Source: Priapulus caudatus (Eukaryota). Taken from it: a DNA stretch of 64,000 nt. Both the position numbers and the translations under genes were made by a program. Under the pieces are notes generated by a model that saw nothing but the letters and a program-made list of their open reading frames with translations, searched no databases and was not told where the DNA came from. This document shows positions 52,429-64,000 of this stretch, piece by piece (the first letter of the stretch is position 1; each line of letters opens with the position of its first letter). The DNA lies in NCBI RefSeq assembly GCF_000485595.1, contig NW_014577066.1, positions 600,076 through 664,075 of the forward strand, in the 5' to 3' direction.

Positions 52429-55166
52429 ATAATATATATATATGTAATAATATAAATGTATTTAGTCAGTATATATATATATACTGACTAAATACATTTA
52501 TATTATTTTGTTCACTCATGATGATTAGGTACAACCGTACAACATACCTATATTTTCCTATCTGATGTAAATTGCTCGCGACTACACAAAAATCTAATAG
52601 CTTGGACGTTTATTCTTAGCTATTCTACACATGTTTCTTCGGTAAAGTTTGATGATATACCGAGTTGCTGTTAGTACATAGGTTTATGCCAAAAAAGTTT
52701 AAAAAAATATAGGCGTCATAAAACGGTGACATATATTGCTTTCTGGCGCCCTATACAGGAGAAGGAAAGGGTTACTGCGCATGACTATGGTAAATCATTT
52801 CCCTTAGGCGACCATATATACCAAAACATTCCCATAAATCAGCAGGTTTTTTCTAATGCCGCCTATTGAACTGACACTGCAAGTGACAGCATATAATTAT
52901 GTTGTTGACTCTGCGAACATTCTTTTATAATTTTTCTGTAAGCAAGGTTTTCCTGGCACACACATGACATATACTCGCTTCTCCCAACCTCCACTGGAGT
53001 GCGGACCGCCTCGGAACAAGCCACTCGCTCTGTCAACTCATAGGTCAACTGAAGCGAGACTTCTAGTTTTTGAATAAAACATTTGCAAAAGTTGGACTCG
53101 TTTCTATCGATAAATAACTAATAAGGCGTGTGAAACTAATAAGGCACAGGAAACCGATCATTTTATGTCAGATATTCTAACGCTCGTTGGTCGATTTGCG
53201 CGCGTAATGCCTATAGCGGCTGCATTGCGCCGCCAGCCAGGTGTATGTATATTCAGCCGGTTATATGTTCAGCTTGGCATCGGCTGCGCGTGATGTTTTT
53301 GTGAAATTGCCATTGCTTTGGCGTACAAACCCGAATATTTAATATTTTAACACGTTCTACAACCCATGAATTACTCCGTTCGAACTCTCCGTGCGCGTAT
53401 TCTTGGTTTTGCTGCTCCATGGTTGTCAATCAAGCGCATAATCAGCAGGTAATTAGTCAGAAACGATCAAATGGAGACTTTTTACCATTGCGACGGTAAT
53501 CGGCGGGCGGGAAATGTGGAAAACAAGCCTCGCGGAAAAATGAGATTTGCAAAATGCTATGACTTCTTTAAAAGTCGCCCGTTAATTTCTAAATAAGCAT
53601 GCATTAGCCTGTGACGATGGCGTTATACCATTGAGCTAGATGTACACAGAGTGGCACCGAATATTTAAGATTTGTAGACCCGCCTCGAATTTGTCCAAAC
53701 TAAATATAAGTGTTAACCCTCGGTTACGTCATAGCGGTCTTGCTATAAATTAGTGAGGCTGCTACTTCTAACACGGAGCAGTTAGGCGTGCAGTGGTGTA
53801 TCGGCATGTCATTCTGAGTGCGTTTTACTACCCAGCTATAGATTGTCTCTAGATACCTTGTACAAGGTGAGTTAACAAGGAATAAATTAGGGTCTATGAC
53901 CAGGAAGGGTTGTCGTGGAAGGGGTAAGTGACGATGTCTCGAGTGAGCTAAGCTGGTTGAACCAGCCGCCATTATATAGAAGAAATTATGTATCCATATC
54001 TAGGGGGGGGGGGAGGGAGTTAAGTTGGAATATACTAGTGTACATGACCATGGGAGCAAGGAGGAGGGTTAAGCTTCGGTGGACTTGTGTCTCGAGGAGT
54101 GGAGCTTCTACTAAATTATAGTTACGTTGAGTACTACTCTAAACATATTATATATATGGTATATATATTGGTTGCTATAGCGCTCAAATTTACTGTTCTA
54201 ATTAAGCGCCGCCTAGCCTTGCCACTCTAATAAGGTGCTGGAATGGGTATCTGCATGTATGATCGTTATTTCCTCATTACGCCTATTTAGTATGCAATCA
54301 CGCCTAGCGCTAACGATGGAGCTTGTTATTACCCATTGTGCTAGTCTTGTGGGGAAATGGTGTCACACTGCGTTTTGGGACAGCGGCTGGTTAGCATTTC
54401 GTAGAAACAAGAGCGCAATAACTGCGCAGTCGATGGTATTACGGTGGGAAATCATTTCCCATTGGCGGCCATACATACGAAAATAATTTCATGTATCAGT
54501 AGAGGTTTTTTTTTCAGAAATCGCACTGCCAACCTCTGAATTGACGTTGCAAGTGACACCATATATTTTGTTATCTCAAAGATGCTTCCGGTATATTTAT
54601 CTGTAAACAAGCTTTTTTTGGCACACACATAAAATGGCAATTTTGCAACGAGATTTTACGCGAAAAAGTAGGCGTTCTTTGGAAATTTCCCGGCCGCCAC
54701 AGGAGCGCACACCGGACGAGCCACTCACACTGTCAGATGCAGCAAGGGTTCTAGTTTCTGAAATTAACAACTGCAAAGAGTTCTAACCATTTCCATCAAA
54801 AAATTTAAAAAAACCAAGCGCACGGATACGCAGCAAAACGATCTCATTCCTGTCTTAGCGCTCATTGGCTGATTTTCCACCGTAATACCTGATATGGGCT
54901 TGATAGAAACATGCGCACATGTCAGCCTGCGCGCGTGCGGAGAATCATTAATTAATGAGTGGTTGAATCTATCGACAGTACTACACCTGTGATTAATCAA
55001 GTTGCCGGCAGCTACTGCGCTGCCTACGCGTTAGTGCGCTACTGTTTAATTGAGTAGAGCATTTACTCTCGTTCGCTGCTTTGGTATTCACGAATTAGTC
55101 ATTCGTCCTATCTTGCTTTGATTTGCGTCTTATAGTTACCTGAAGCATCTCGTCTGTCTGTCTGCA

Positions 55167-55221
<55 letters not shown>

Positions 55222-55850
55222 AGGAGGAAAACTATCGGAATGCGTGTAAAGCGCCTATTCTTGTTTGACAGCGACCAACGAGGCGTCTCGCCTCATATGA
55301 ATGATGCACTTTATGCGCGTGCATAGTAAATGACCGGAAAAAAAACATTATTCTTGAATTCGAACAAGTTTTAGCCGAGCAAGTGCGAGTGCATCCCTCG
55401 ACGGCAAAGCCGATCAAGGTCGCAAGGCCATTGTGATGTGAACCTCTGGCTGTGTTAATGGGTCACGCTTTGGCGCTATGGGTTACTAAACCGGAAATTC
55501 GGATATACGATCCACTGCTTGTTTCGGGCCAACTCTTATTCTATCTTTTGCCGTACGTATACTATAGCATGTATCATGTACATGGGGGAAAACTGGAAAT
55601 TAAATACAAATATTCTTGCTTGTATAGCGCTTCGTTTTCCAAAACAACTTGTATGAAAAAAATAGAATTACAACTTATAACAAACGTATGTCAGCAAGTA
55701 TTGTTCCGTATTTTGATAAATTAATTAATATACCAATGTACGTTTATCAAATTTTTCAAGGCGCGTAAACAGTTTATGTTGTCTTGATAACATCAATCGT
55801 ACTACGTGTGAAAAGTACAATAGCTGGCATAAAAATACCAATAATATAAA

Positions 55851-56166
55851 ACAACTAGAGCACTCGGATAGCACAGACCTCCGCCAAGGCAGCTGAATTC
55901 TCTCAATGTGAAATGTTTTATTAATTAATTAATTAATTAAGTGGAAAAATTAATTAATTAATTGGATCCGGATTAGTGCGAGCGTGCAGGTGGGGGAGGA
56001 CTGTGGTTGCCCCTTAGCCTGTGGTTGCGTGTTTGTAAGTCTACAGCCAGCGCACCTAGCGGAAGTGAACTGAAACGTGCATGGTAACACACAAACCCTC
56101 AAACCAACACTCAAAGACACGCCGGTGAAAACATAACCTCCGCCAAGCCCCTGGCGGAGGTAACTA
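55851..56166 (+). mobile_element. Helentron/HINE-like non-autonomous element
   Basis: Subterminal repeat acctccgccaag near both ends, 3' stem-loop acctccgcca..tggcggaggt, A-rich flanks. Confidence 0.55.
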
Positions 56167-56625
56167 ACAGTGTCTATCGGTCGGAGCCCGTTGTCAGATG
56201 CAAAACTAGTCTTAACATTGGTCTTAACATTAATCCTTTCTCATAGACTGCTGACAGAAACATAGTAAAGTTACGAGTTTGTCATACGCGGTACATAGAT
56301 GTATGGTTTACGATAAAAAGTTCATGTTAAGCCTATTTTGTTTCTGACAACGAGCCACGGGTGTTTGCGTGCGCACTCCATGAGCACTAAGTGATCATGT
56401 GAGCCTATGACTGTGCGCAACATGACGATGCAGTTGTCGCTCCTGACAGATTTACGGTCGACGTGTATGCACACGAGAACGCAGACGTGCGCGCACGTAC
56501 GCACACGTGCGCGCACGCACTCACGCTTTCACGCACGTACACGTACCCGCACTCAGGCTCACACGCACCCGCACGCACACGCAAGTATACACGTGTGCGT
56601 GCGTGCGAGCGAGCGTGCGTGTGCG

Positions 56626-56656
<31 letters not shown>

Positions 56657-57069
56657 TGTGTGTGCGTGCGTGCGTGCGTGCGGTGTGTGTGTGTGTGTGT
56701 GCGTGCGTGGTGTGTGTGTGTGTGTGTGTGTGCGTGCGTGCGTGCGCGTCTGCGTGGTGCGTGCGTGTGCGTGTATCCATAGTATAGATGAGGATTGTCA
56801 GCTAGACGAGACTGGCGCGAGGCCACTCCCGCCTGCCAGTCTCAGCAGTGCAGTGTCAGTGTATTATCTGTTGTCAGTGATTAATCGTATACACACGCGC
56901 AGCCGCGCGCGCTTCTGTTTTAAAGCATTTGTGCGAGTCCCAGATCTAGAACCGATTACTTTGCTGATTGTTGTCGCGTGTCCTTGTTCGTTTTGTTTTA
57001 CCGTCCAATGAGATTGTTGTCGGCCATTTCTTGTTTGTGTGTATTTGTGTGTGTGTGTGTGTGTGTGTG

Positions 57070-57116
<47 letters not shown>

Positions 57117-57172
57117 GTGTGTGTGTGTGCTGTGTGCGTGTGTGCTATTGTGTGTGTGTGTATTTGTGTGTA

Positions 57173-57210
<38 letters not shown>

Positions 57211-57278
57211 TGCGTGTGCGCGTGCGTGTGCGTGCGCGTGCGCGTTCGCGTTCGTGTGTGTCTGTGTGTGTATGTGTG

Positions 57279-57334
<56 letters not shown>

Positions 57335-59280
57335 TGAGCGAGCGTTTGCGTGCACGAATGTGCACTCGATGGATTTCTATTTAGCGTTAATAACGAGGAC
57401 AAGAAATAGTGTAAGGACAACCCGGAAGGATATGAAATGATATCTAGATAGGGGAATAGAGATATGTATACAGAACGAGTACTTGACTTGGAGATCGTAT
57501 ACTAAGTATACAAAGTATACTAATATATATAAGTAACTAGTATAGTAATACAAATATATAAGAGAGGGGTCGCGATGCTTATACCAGGGTGCGGGAGAAG
57601 GATGGCACTTGTAGGAATAGGAGTGCAGATAATACTATAAATCATGTGTGGATAATTACGTATGGCAACTGAACATTCAGTTACTTTCTAACAGTAAAGC
57701 TTCGTGCGCCGCTTTCGTGATCCAAATGCTAGGAAACAGCAGCTGCATACAATTGGCATTGGCATGTATCTCATCTATACATAGCTGTGTATATAGCTTC
57801 AGCCAGCGGCCGGATCTCTCTGCCAATTCATATTCAGAGCGACATAAACCCAACCATAAATAACAATAGCCGTCCATAAATGAAGAAGCACTCAACGGGA
57901 ATTTAAGCACCAACAGAAAAATACATCCACTAACGAAATGGCAGTCGATGGTTATTAACCGAACACGATACGTGATAAAATAATCTCTGCCTCCATAAGC
58001 GAACGGGAGCTCGAGCGCGACCGAGCGTCAATAAATGGGCATTTACGCACGTTTATGATCGGGTTGTGGGATAAGATGGACGGACACGACACCGCTGCGA
58101 CCTTGACGAGAATCGACCGCTAGTTGGCGCTGCCTTCGTCGGTTTATGGTGTACAACAATCGCGCGGCTCCGGCCATGCTTGGCTCACCGCCGAGCGGCG
58201 CGTTTTATTGTGTGCCATTGTTCAAGCGCATCGCTAATTGAAATGTTATAGTAGCCGGTGTAGTTTCGCCACGTGAATGCTAGCCGAAGGACTTTTTCTT
58301 ATACCTGTGCGAGAAGCGGGTCGTGTCCGTCACTGTCTTTGTTCAGCTTTGCGCCTGTGTAATCGGAGCTGTGTCAATCGATGGCTCTGTCAAACCATGG
58401 CCATATATATATACATATAAATGTGGGTCTTTCAAATTATGGGGTTTTCTTTTATCCATTTAAGCATTGTCTTTGCTCAACTTTGTACCCATGAATTTGT
58501 CACTGCGTAAATTATTGGCCCTACCAAACCACGGCCACATTCAAACGCGGGTCTAACAAACAATTGCCATTTTCTTCTACCAGCGATTCATGCATGTGCG
58601 TGTGCTTGTCAGCTGTCATCAGCCGTTGTCTATTCACACCGTTCTTTGTCAAATAGAATGGTCGTCTGGAACCGTGGATAGAAAGACGCTTAAAAGCGCG
58701 TAGTTATCGCTACGTTCTAATTTAATTAGTTACTCTAGTTAGTTTGTAAATCGTACTTTGTCGGAATAGGACGTTAGAATAAGTCTGTGATGCAAGCCCT
58801 ACGGCTATGCGGGCGGCTGCGCGCCATCGTAAGTTTTCCGCGCGTCGCAACCAGGAGTTAACTAAACGATAATCTCGTAAAACTGCCTGCCGTGGTGCGG
58901 TTGGATGCTACCGTCCTTGACTACAGCTTCTGTAATAGGCGGCCATTACCTGTCAGTGTTTGGACAGAAGGTTTACATAAACACTAGTTAACCTCATAGC
59001 GCTGTTTGCTGTCTGGGCCGCGGCTAGAGAGCCACACTGGCCTCCGCGACTGCCGTGGTAACTATCGTAGCAAGTCACATCAAGAGCAGTTGAACTATGT
59101 GCTATATGCTACGGTTTATGTGTAAAACTACAATGCATGTATTCTTGGTTACGTGCGATGTCATCTCTTTTCTTCGCCATACCCACTAAGCCTACCTGTG
59201 ATAGGCCTACTATTATTTTATGCGTACACAGAGACGTACACGTGAAGGCACGCGCACGCACACGCGCACGGACACACACA

Positions 59281-59339
<59 letters not shown>

Positions 59340-62300
59340 TTCGTTTTGCATGCTCATGTCGACGTGGTTTTCAGCTTTTCAGCTATCCTGCCGCCACCAT
59401 GCCCCCACCGCTGCGGATGGGGTATCCAGCGGCAGGTGTGGAATTCCGCAGCACAGTGTGAGCGTTCCTCTACTGATCCCTACTCTGCTGACCCACATGC
59501 CTCTCTCTCACACACGCTGCGGTCGCACGCTAGACTGACGCTACGCGTCTACACATCCCCGTCCCACCGTACCGCCGAGCTGGACTCCGTACCAGTCTCG
59601 CTATCCTAACCCACGGGCCGTCTGCCGGGGGCAACCCCCTCGGACACTGACTGTTCTATTCTACTAAGCTCTCGTATTTTTTTCGTCTGCTAATCGGTGC
59701 GCTTTTACGTGCATTAGTGGCCCGCGTTTTTTTGCGCTCCGCGCGCGCGCGCCCGTAGATTTCTTTTTCGCGTAGCTGCCCGCGCCGTCCTTTGTAGGAC
59801 GCCCGGCGAGCGCGGGACCTCGCTACCCGTGTTACGCGGCATTCCGGCTCGCAGACGACGCCTTATGTGGGCGCGCAGCAAACAGCGGCACTTTCTACTA
59901 CGAGCGGCAACAAGAAAGCCGACCGCTGTCCGACGGTCGGCGGCGTCTGTCCAAATATTTGACCGCCGCAAAATTAAACGATTTCATGCGTAGCTCGAAA
60001 TAATTCGTGTCGCGGCGCGGCGATGAGTTTTTATTCGCGAGATGCTCGTTGGGTGATGCTTTTCTGTTTGTTAGGTGACGCTCGACTAGATATAGCTTGT
60101 TTGCGCGCCAATCGTGCTGGCGGGAGAATGACAGCGTCGCTGTCTCTTTGCCTTATACAACTTCATTTATTCAACCTCGCTTCGGTTACTGACTTTCACT
60201 TTATTGAATAGCCATCATTTTCCTTATTCGCCTTGAATTGTCGACGGCGTTTTCCCCGCTTGACGGAGTCGCACTGTCATCAACACGGTGACGAATGTAT
60301 CCAGTGATGCGCTCATAACGTGCACAACACGAAATCACGGCGGCGCCACAGAAACCCTTGTTCGTTGTTTCGTCTCTTACAGTTCATAGCCAGCCGTTCG
60401 TAGACAACCGTAAAAGTGTTTAATTCACCTGTCGCTGCAAGTCTCTCTGCTCACGTTGATGAGAAAGAGAAAACATGAGGCATGCAACCCATTTTTGTGT
60501 ACTACCCTCCCCCTGCTGCCTCCCCCTTATTCAACGCTGCTGCTGCGCACTGCAGCCCTGACTATGTCCGTGCGTAAGTGCTAGCGATGAGCAAACACTG
60601 ATTGCCGATGGGTTTCTCAAGGCCATGGGAAACTAAGAAAGCGCATAAAAAGCCGAAGGTGATAACGACATGCGCTACTCGACCCTCTCTCTCGTTTTCT
60701 TTCTTTCTTTCTCTTTGTGTGTACAAACCCTTAACGGCAGGAGGAAGTTAATTGTGTCCCGATACCGGTATCAAGTGATATGATGTAGGTTTACTACACT
60801 ACGGCGACCACGCAACACAATACGTCGGCAAACACCGACAGAAGGCTATATATATATATATAAATATAACATGAGAGTAGTAATGAGGAGCCAGCAGAGA
60901 TGTGTGAGGAAGAATGAGCATTCGTGAAAGTGAGAGTACGGTGCATACGTACAAGGTGTTACCAGCAGATTTAATTCGCAAGTACGACATAGCAGGCATG
61001 CATATAGTGGTTACTTTTGATGTGGCTGTACAGTCCGCTGCACATAGCATTCACCTGGAAGGCGGGTGTATCATGTTATAGACGGTTTAGCAGACACGGT
61101 CTCTTACAATACAGTTGATTCATCTCTAATCGCCGCTAAGCTCTGATAATTGCGCTGCCATTATCTGCCACCCGGGCCTTCCACGGCTGCCCGGCCCGGT
61201 GCGCCGTGTGCGCAACCCTTTACGCGTTTCTTGACCGCTGTGGCCATGTATGGGGGCATGCACTGACCCATGGTCATTTCTTGAGCCGCGCGCACCGACC
61301 ATGACGGCCCCACTCGACGCTCTCCGAAAAGTTTGTTCGAGGATCTTCCATCTTGGGAGAGAAGTGCGGTGCAATCAACTTGTCGAGTGTCCTTGTGACA
61401 AGCAGCGCCCCCCACACCCACCACCGCAGTCATCACCAGCCATCGTATTACCCACCAGCCCTGACCCGGCTCTTGTGACCTATCTGTTGACTGCCGCCAC
61501 GTCTCTTCCACGCTGTCGTGCCGCGTTAGTGGCAAGGAACATTGCGTCCGTCTAGACGGCAGAGATGGCAATCAGATGCGTCAAGTGTCTGGCGCGTGAA
61601 GTCCTGGTGCTGTTTGTAGAGATATGTGCGCATGCGCTCACGATGGCCTCTGTGACCGCGTGGCGCTCGCTGATATATGAGTAAGGGTGTGCTACCGTTG
61701 TGACGATTGGTGCGATAGACGGTGGGGGGGCTGTAGAGAAAATCCACAGTTTGCCTTCATTTTTATCCCATCTATAGCTTTCGTTCTAGCTGACGCGTTT
61801 TCCTTTGTTCTCCCTCTCCGTATCCCGCTTTCTCTCTCTCTAGCTCTCGTTCTAGATTTCCCGCTCGATCCCTCTCTATCGTTCTCTCTCTCTCCCGGTC
61901 CCTCTCAATTTTCCTCTCCCTCTTTCCCCTTTCCCTCACCTCTTCTCTAGCTTTTTCTCACTTTCCTTCTTCATCTCACTGTCGTCTTCGTTCTAATCAT
62001 CCTTCTTTCGCTTTTGCACTTTCAACATGTACCAGCCACCTCCTTAACCATCTTCACTCCAACCCTATTCGCCTCCATATTCTGTTTATCGGGTTTTCAT
62101 CACCTCGGTATCTCGATGTAACGCTCTCTCTACAAGAAACAGCGCGAACTGAATGCGTGATGATTGATTGATTACCCGTGATGATTGATTGATTACCCGT
62201 GATGATTGCTTACCGTCGCAGCGTCTTAATTACTCATGTGGACACGCCCGCGCTTATTCAGTCACCGGTCACGGCTATACCGATATCATGCTAGTATAGA

Positions 62301-63891
62301 TTGCGGGTGAGTGATCTTCTTCATCACAGCCCTGCCTCCGATTGTGTGCGGGGTAATGCTTGTGGCCAGAGGGCACGCACTTATGAAAGAGTTAAATTGG
62401 GGCAATGGCTGGAGATAATGAGCGTTCACCTGTCTGCGTTGATGATAGGGTCAGAGGTGGTGCGTCTTAGGCGCCCGTCTTCTGTTCGCGGCTGACTTTG
62501 TCTACTGGCCTTTTACGTGTAATTGAGTTATGATTGTCGACGATGGGCCGTCCCCTTCAGTCCCAAGGGCTTAGTGGTCAGTGCTCCGTGGCCGGACCCT
62601 TGACCCTATCATCGCCGCAGAGGACATACGTTGTGCCACGGTGGCAAATCAGTTCTCATTAGCAACCGTGCTAAAATATTAGCTATACATTATCATAAAT
62701 CAAGAGCGAAGTTATCTGGAGAAATTACAGCGGCGGCTGCTAATTATCCATTGTAAGGCACAATATATATATATATATATATTAACTATATTATTATTCC
62801 GCGACGCACACCAAAAATAGTCAAATCGATCGCGATCACAATGAGTTATTACGATAAAAACCTGGCTTCGTGTGTAACAAAGTCTCTCTTCTGTATCGTT
62901 TTTAGTAGTTTGTACACCGTGGTGTGCGTGCGGCGAGAGAAGTATTTTCGGGAAGAATTCCCGAGCGATATTATGCGATGTAAAATACGTAAACATTAGA
63001 ACTTTGGTAGTAAATAGAATCTGTGCTTATTATTATAATTTTCTTATTGAGTCAGCACATGTGTGCATTGTATTCACGTTTGCATGCATGCGCGTGCATG
63101 CGCGCGTGTGTGGATAACGCGTCGTGCGTGCATGCGTATACGTGTGTGGATATCGCGCCGTGCGTGCACGCGTGCGTGTGTAGATATTACCTCGTGCGTG
63201 CACGTGCGCGTGTATAAATATCACGTCGTGCGTGCGTGCGTGTGCGCGCGTGCGTGTATGAATATCACGTCGTGCTTACATTGCATTGACCGCTGGCGCC
63301 TGCATTCTGCAGTCCTATATATATACAGCTTACGTCGCTGTCACGCCTGCCTTATCCCGATCTTCCCGTCGCCATTATTACACTCATGCGTCTGCCTTCG
63401 TCTTCTTCTCTGTTTGCGGAGGGCCTGGTCGAGCTTGATTCATTTATCCAACAGTGGAGTGGAATCTCCGGCTTTTGTTCGCGTTTCTGTGCAGGTTCTC
63501 TGACCAGTTTGTCCGTCACGCAGTGTAAAATATTATTATGTGGCAGTTCTGGGGAGCAGGGATATGTGTAGCGAGCACAAGGGGGTGATTATGTGTTTTT
63601 TAAATATATAGGCGAGTAAGCCAGTAAAGGAAATTAGACTGGTTACAAAAACTGGTCTTCGTTCATGAACACTCTCTCGCTATTTCTCTCACTCCCCCAT
63701 CCTAATAGCCCTGCTGTAGTGTTTTCTATAGTCGCTCAAATATTTACGTATGTTTTTTCTTGATCCTCTTCTAATCCTCTCCCCTCCATCTTCCCCTCTT
63801 TCTTAAAAGGAATATTTATGGTTTATAAAATTTCAACACGCACACGCGCACACACACATACACACACNNNNNNNNNNNNNNNNNNNNNNNN

Positions 63892-63941
<50 letters not shown>

Positions 63942-63947
63942 CACACA

Positions 63948-63985
<38 letters not shown>

Positions 63986-64000
63986 GTGCACACACGTACG

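Noticed and set aside
49727..64000. Next exon of the DH gene; ORFs at 59714, 61161-61747 and 63386
   Set aside because: None gave a phase-0 exon with DH C-terminal character or any recognisable domain; left unassigned.

Overview
Repeat- and microsatellite-rich animal (probably invertebrate) nuclear DNA with several assembly gaps. It is not prokaryotic, and most ORFs in the supplied track are microsatellite or gap artefacts. Supported genes: (1) an intronless GT31 beta-1,3-glycosyltransferase (7852-8880, +); (2) a disabled, truncated GT7/beta-1,4-galactosyltransferase-like pseudogene just upstream (4774-5667, +); (3) a large multi-exon + strand gene whose 7 phase-consistent exons (12447-49726, one 28-kb intron) assemble by hand into a Ser/Arg-rich N-terminus plus a divergent Dbl-homology (RhoGEF) domain. 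Its next exon was not found, so it probably continues beyond the window. Mobile DNA includes a decayed Ty3/Gypsy element, a LINE 3' remnant, Helentron/HINE-like and hAT-like MITEs. The most striking signal is a set of at least six 37-52 bp hairpins with CARGAG...ATAAT arms flanked by 7-8 bp AT(N)nAT target-site duplications. They look like excision footprints of several P-element-superfamily families, and they occur together with a CACAGG-ended MITE family with 8-bp TSDs. All family assignments are by manual motif recognition, not database search.
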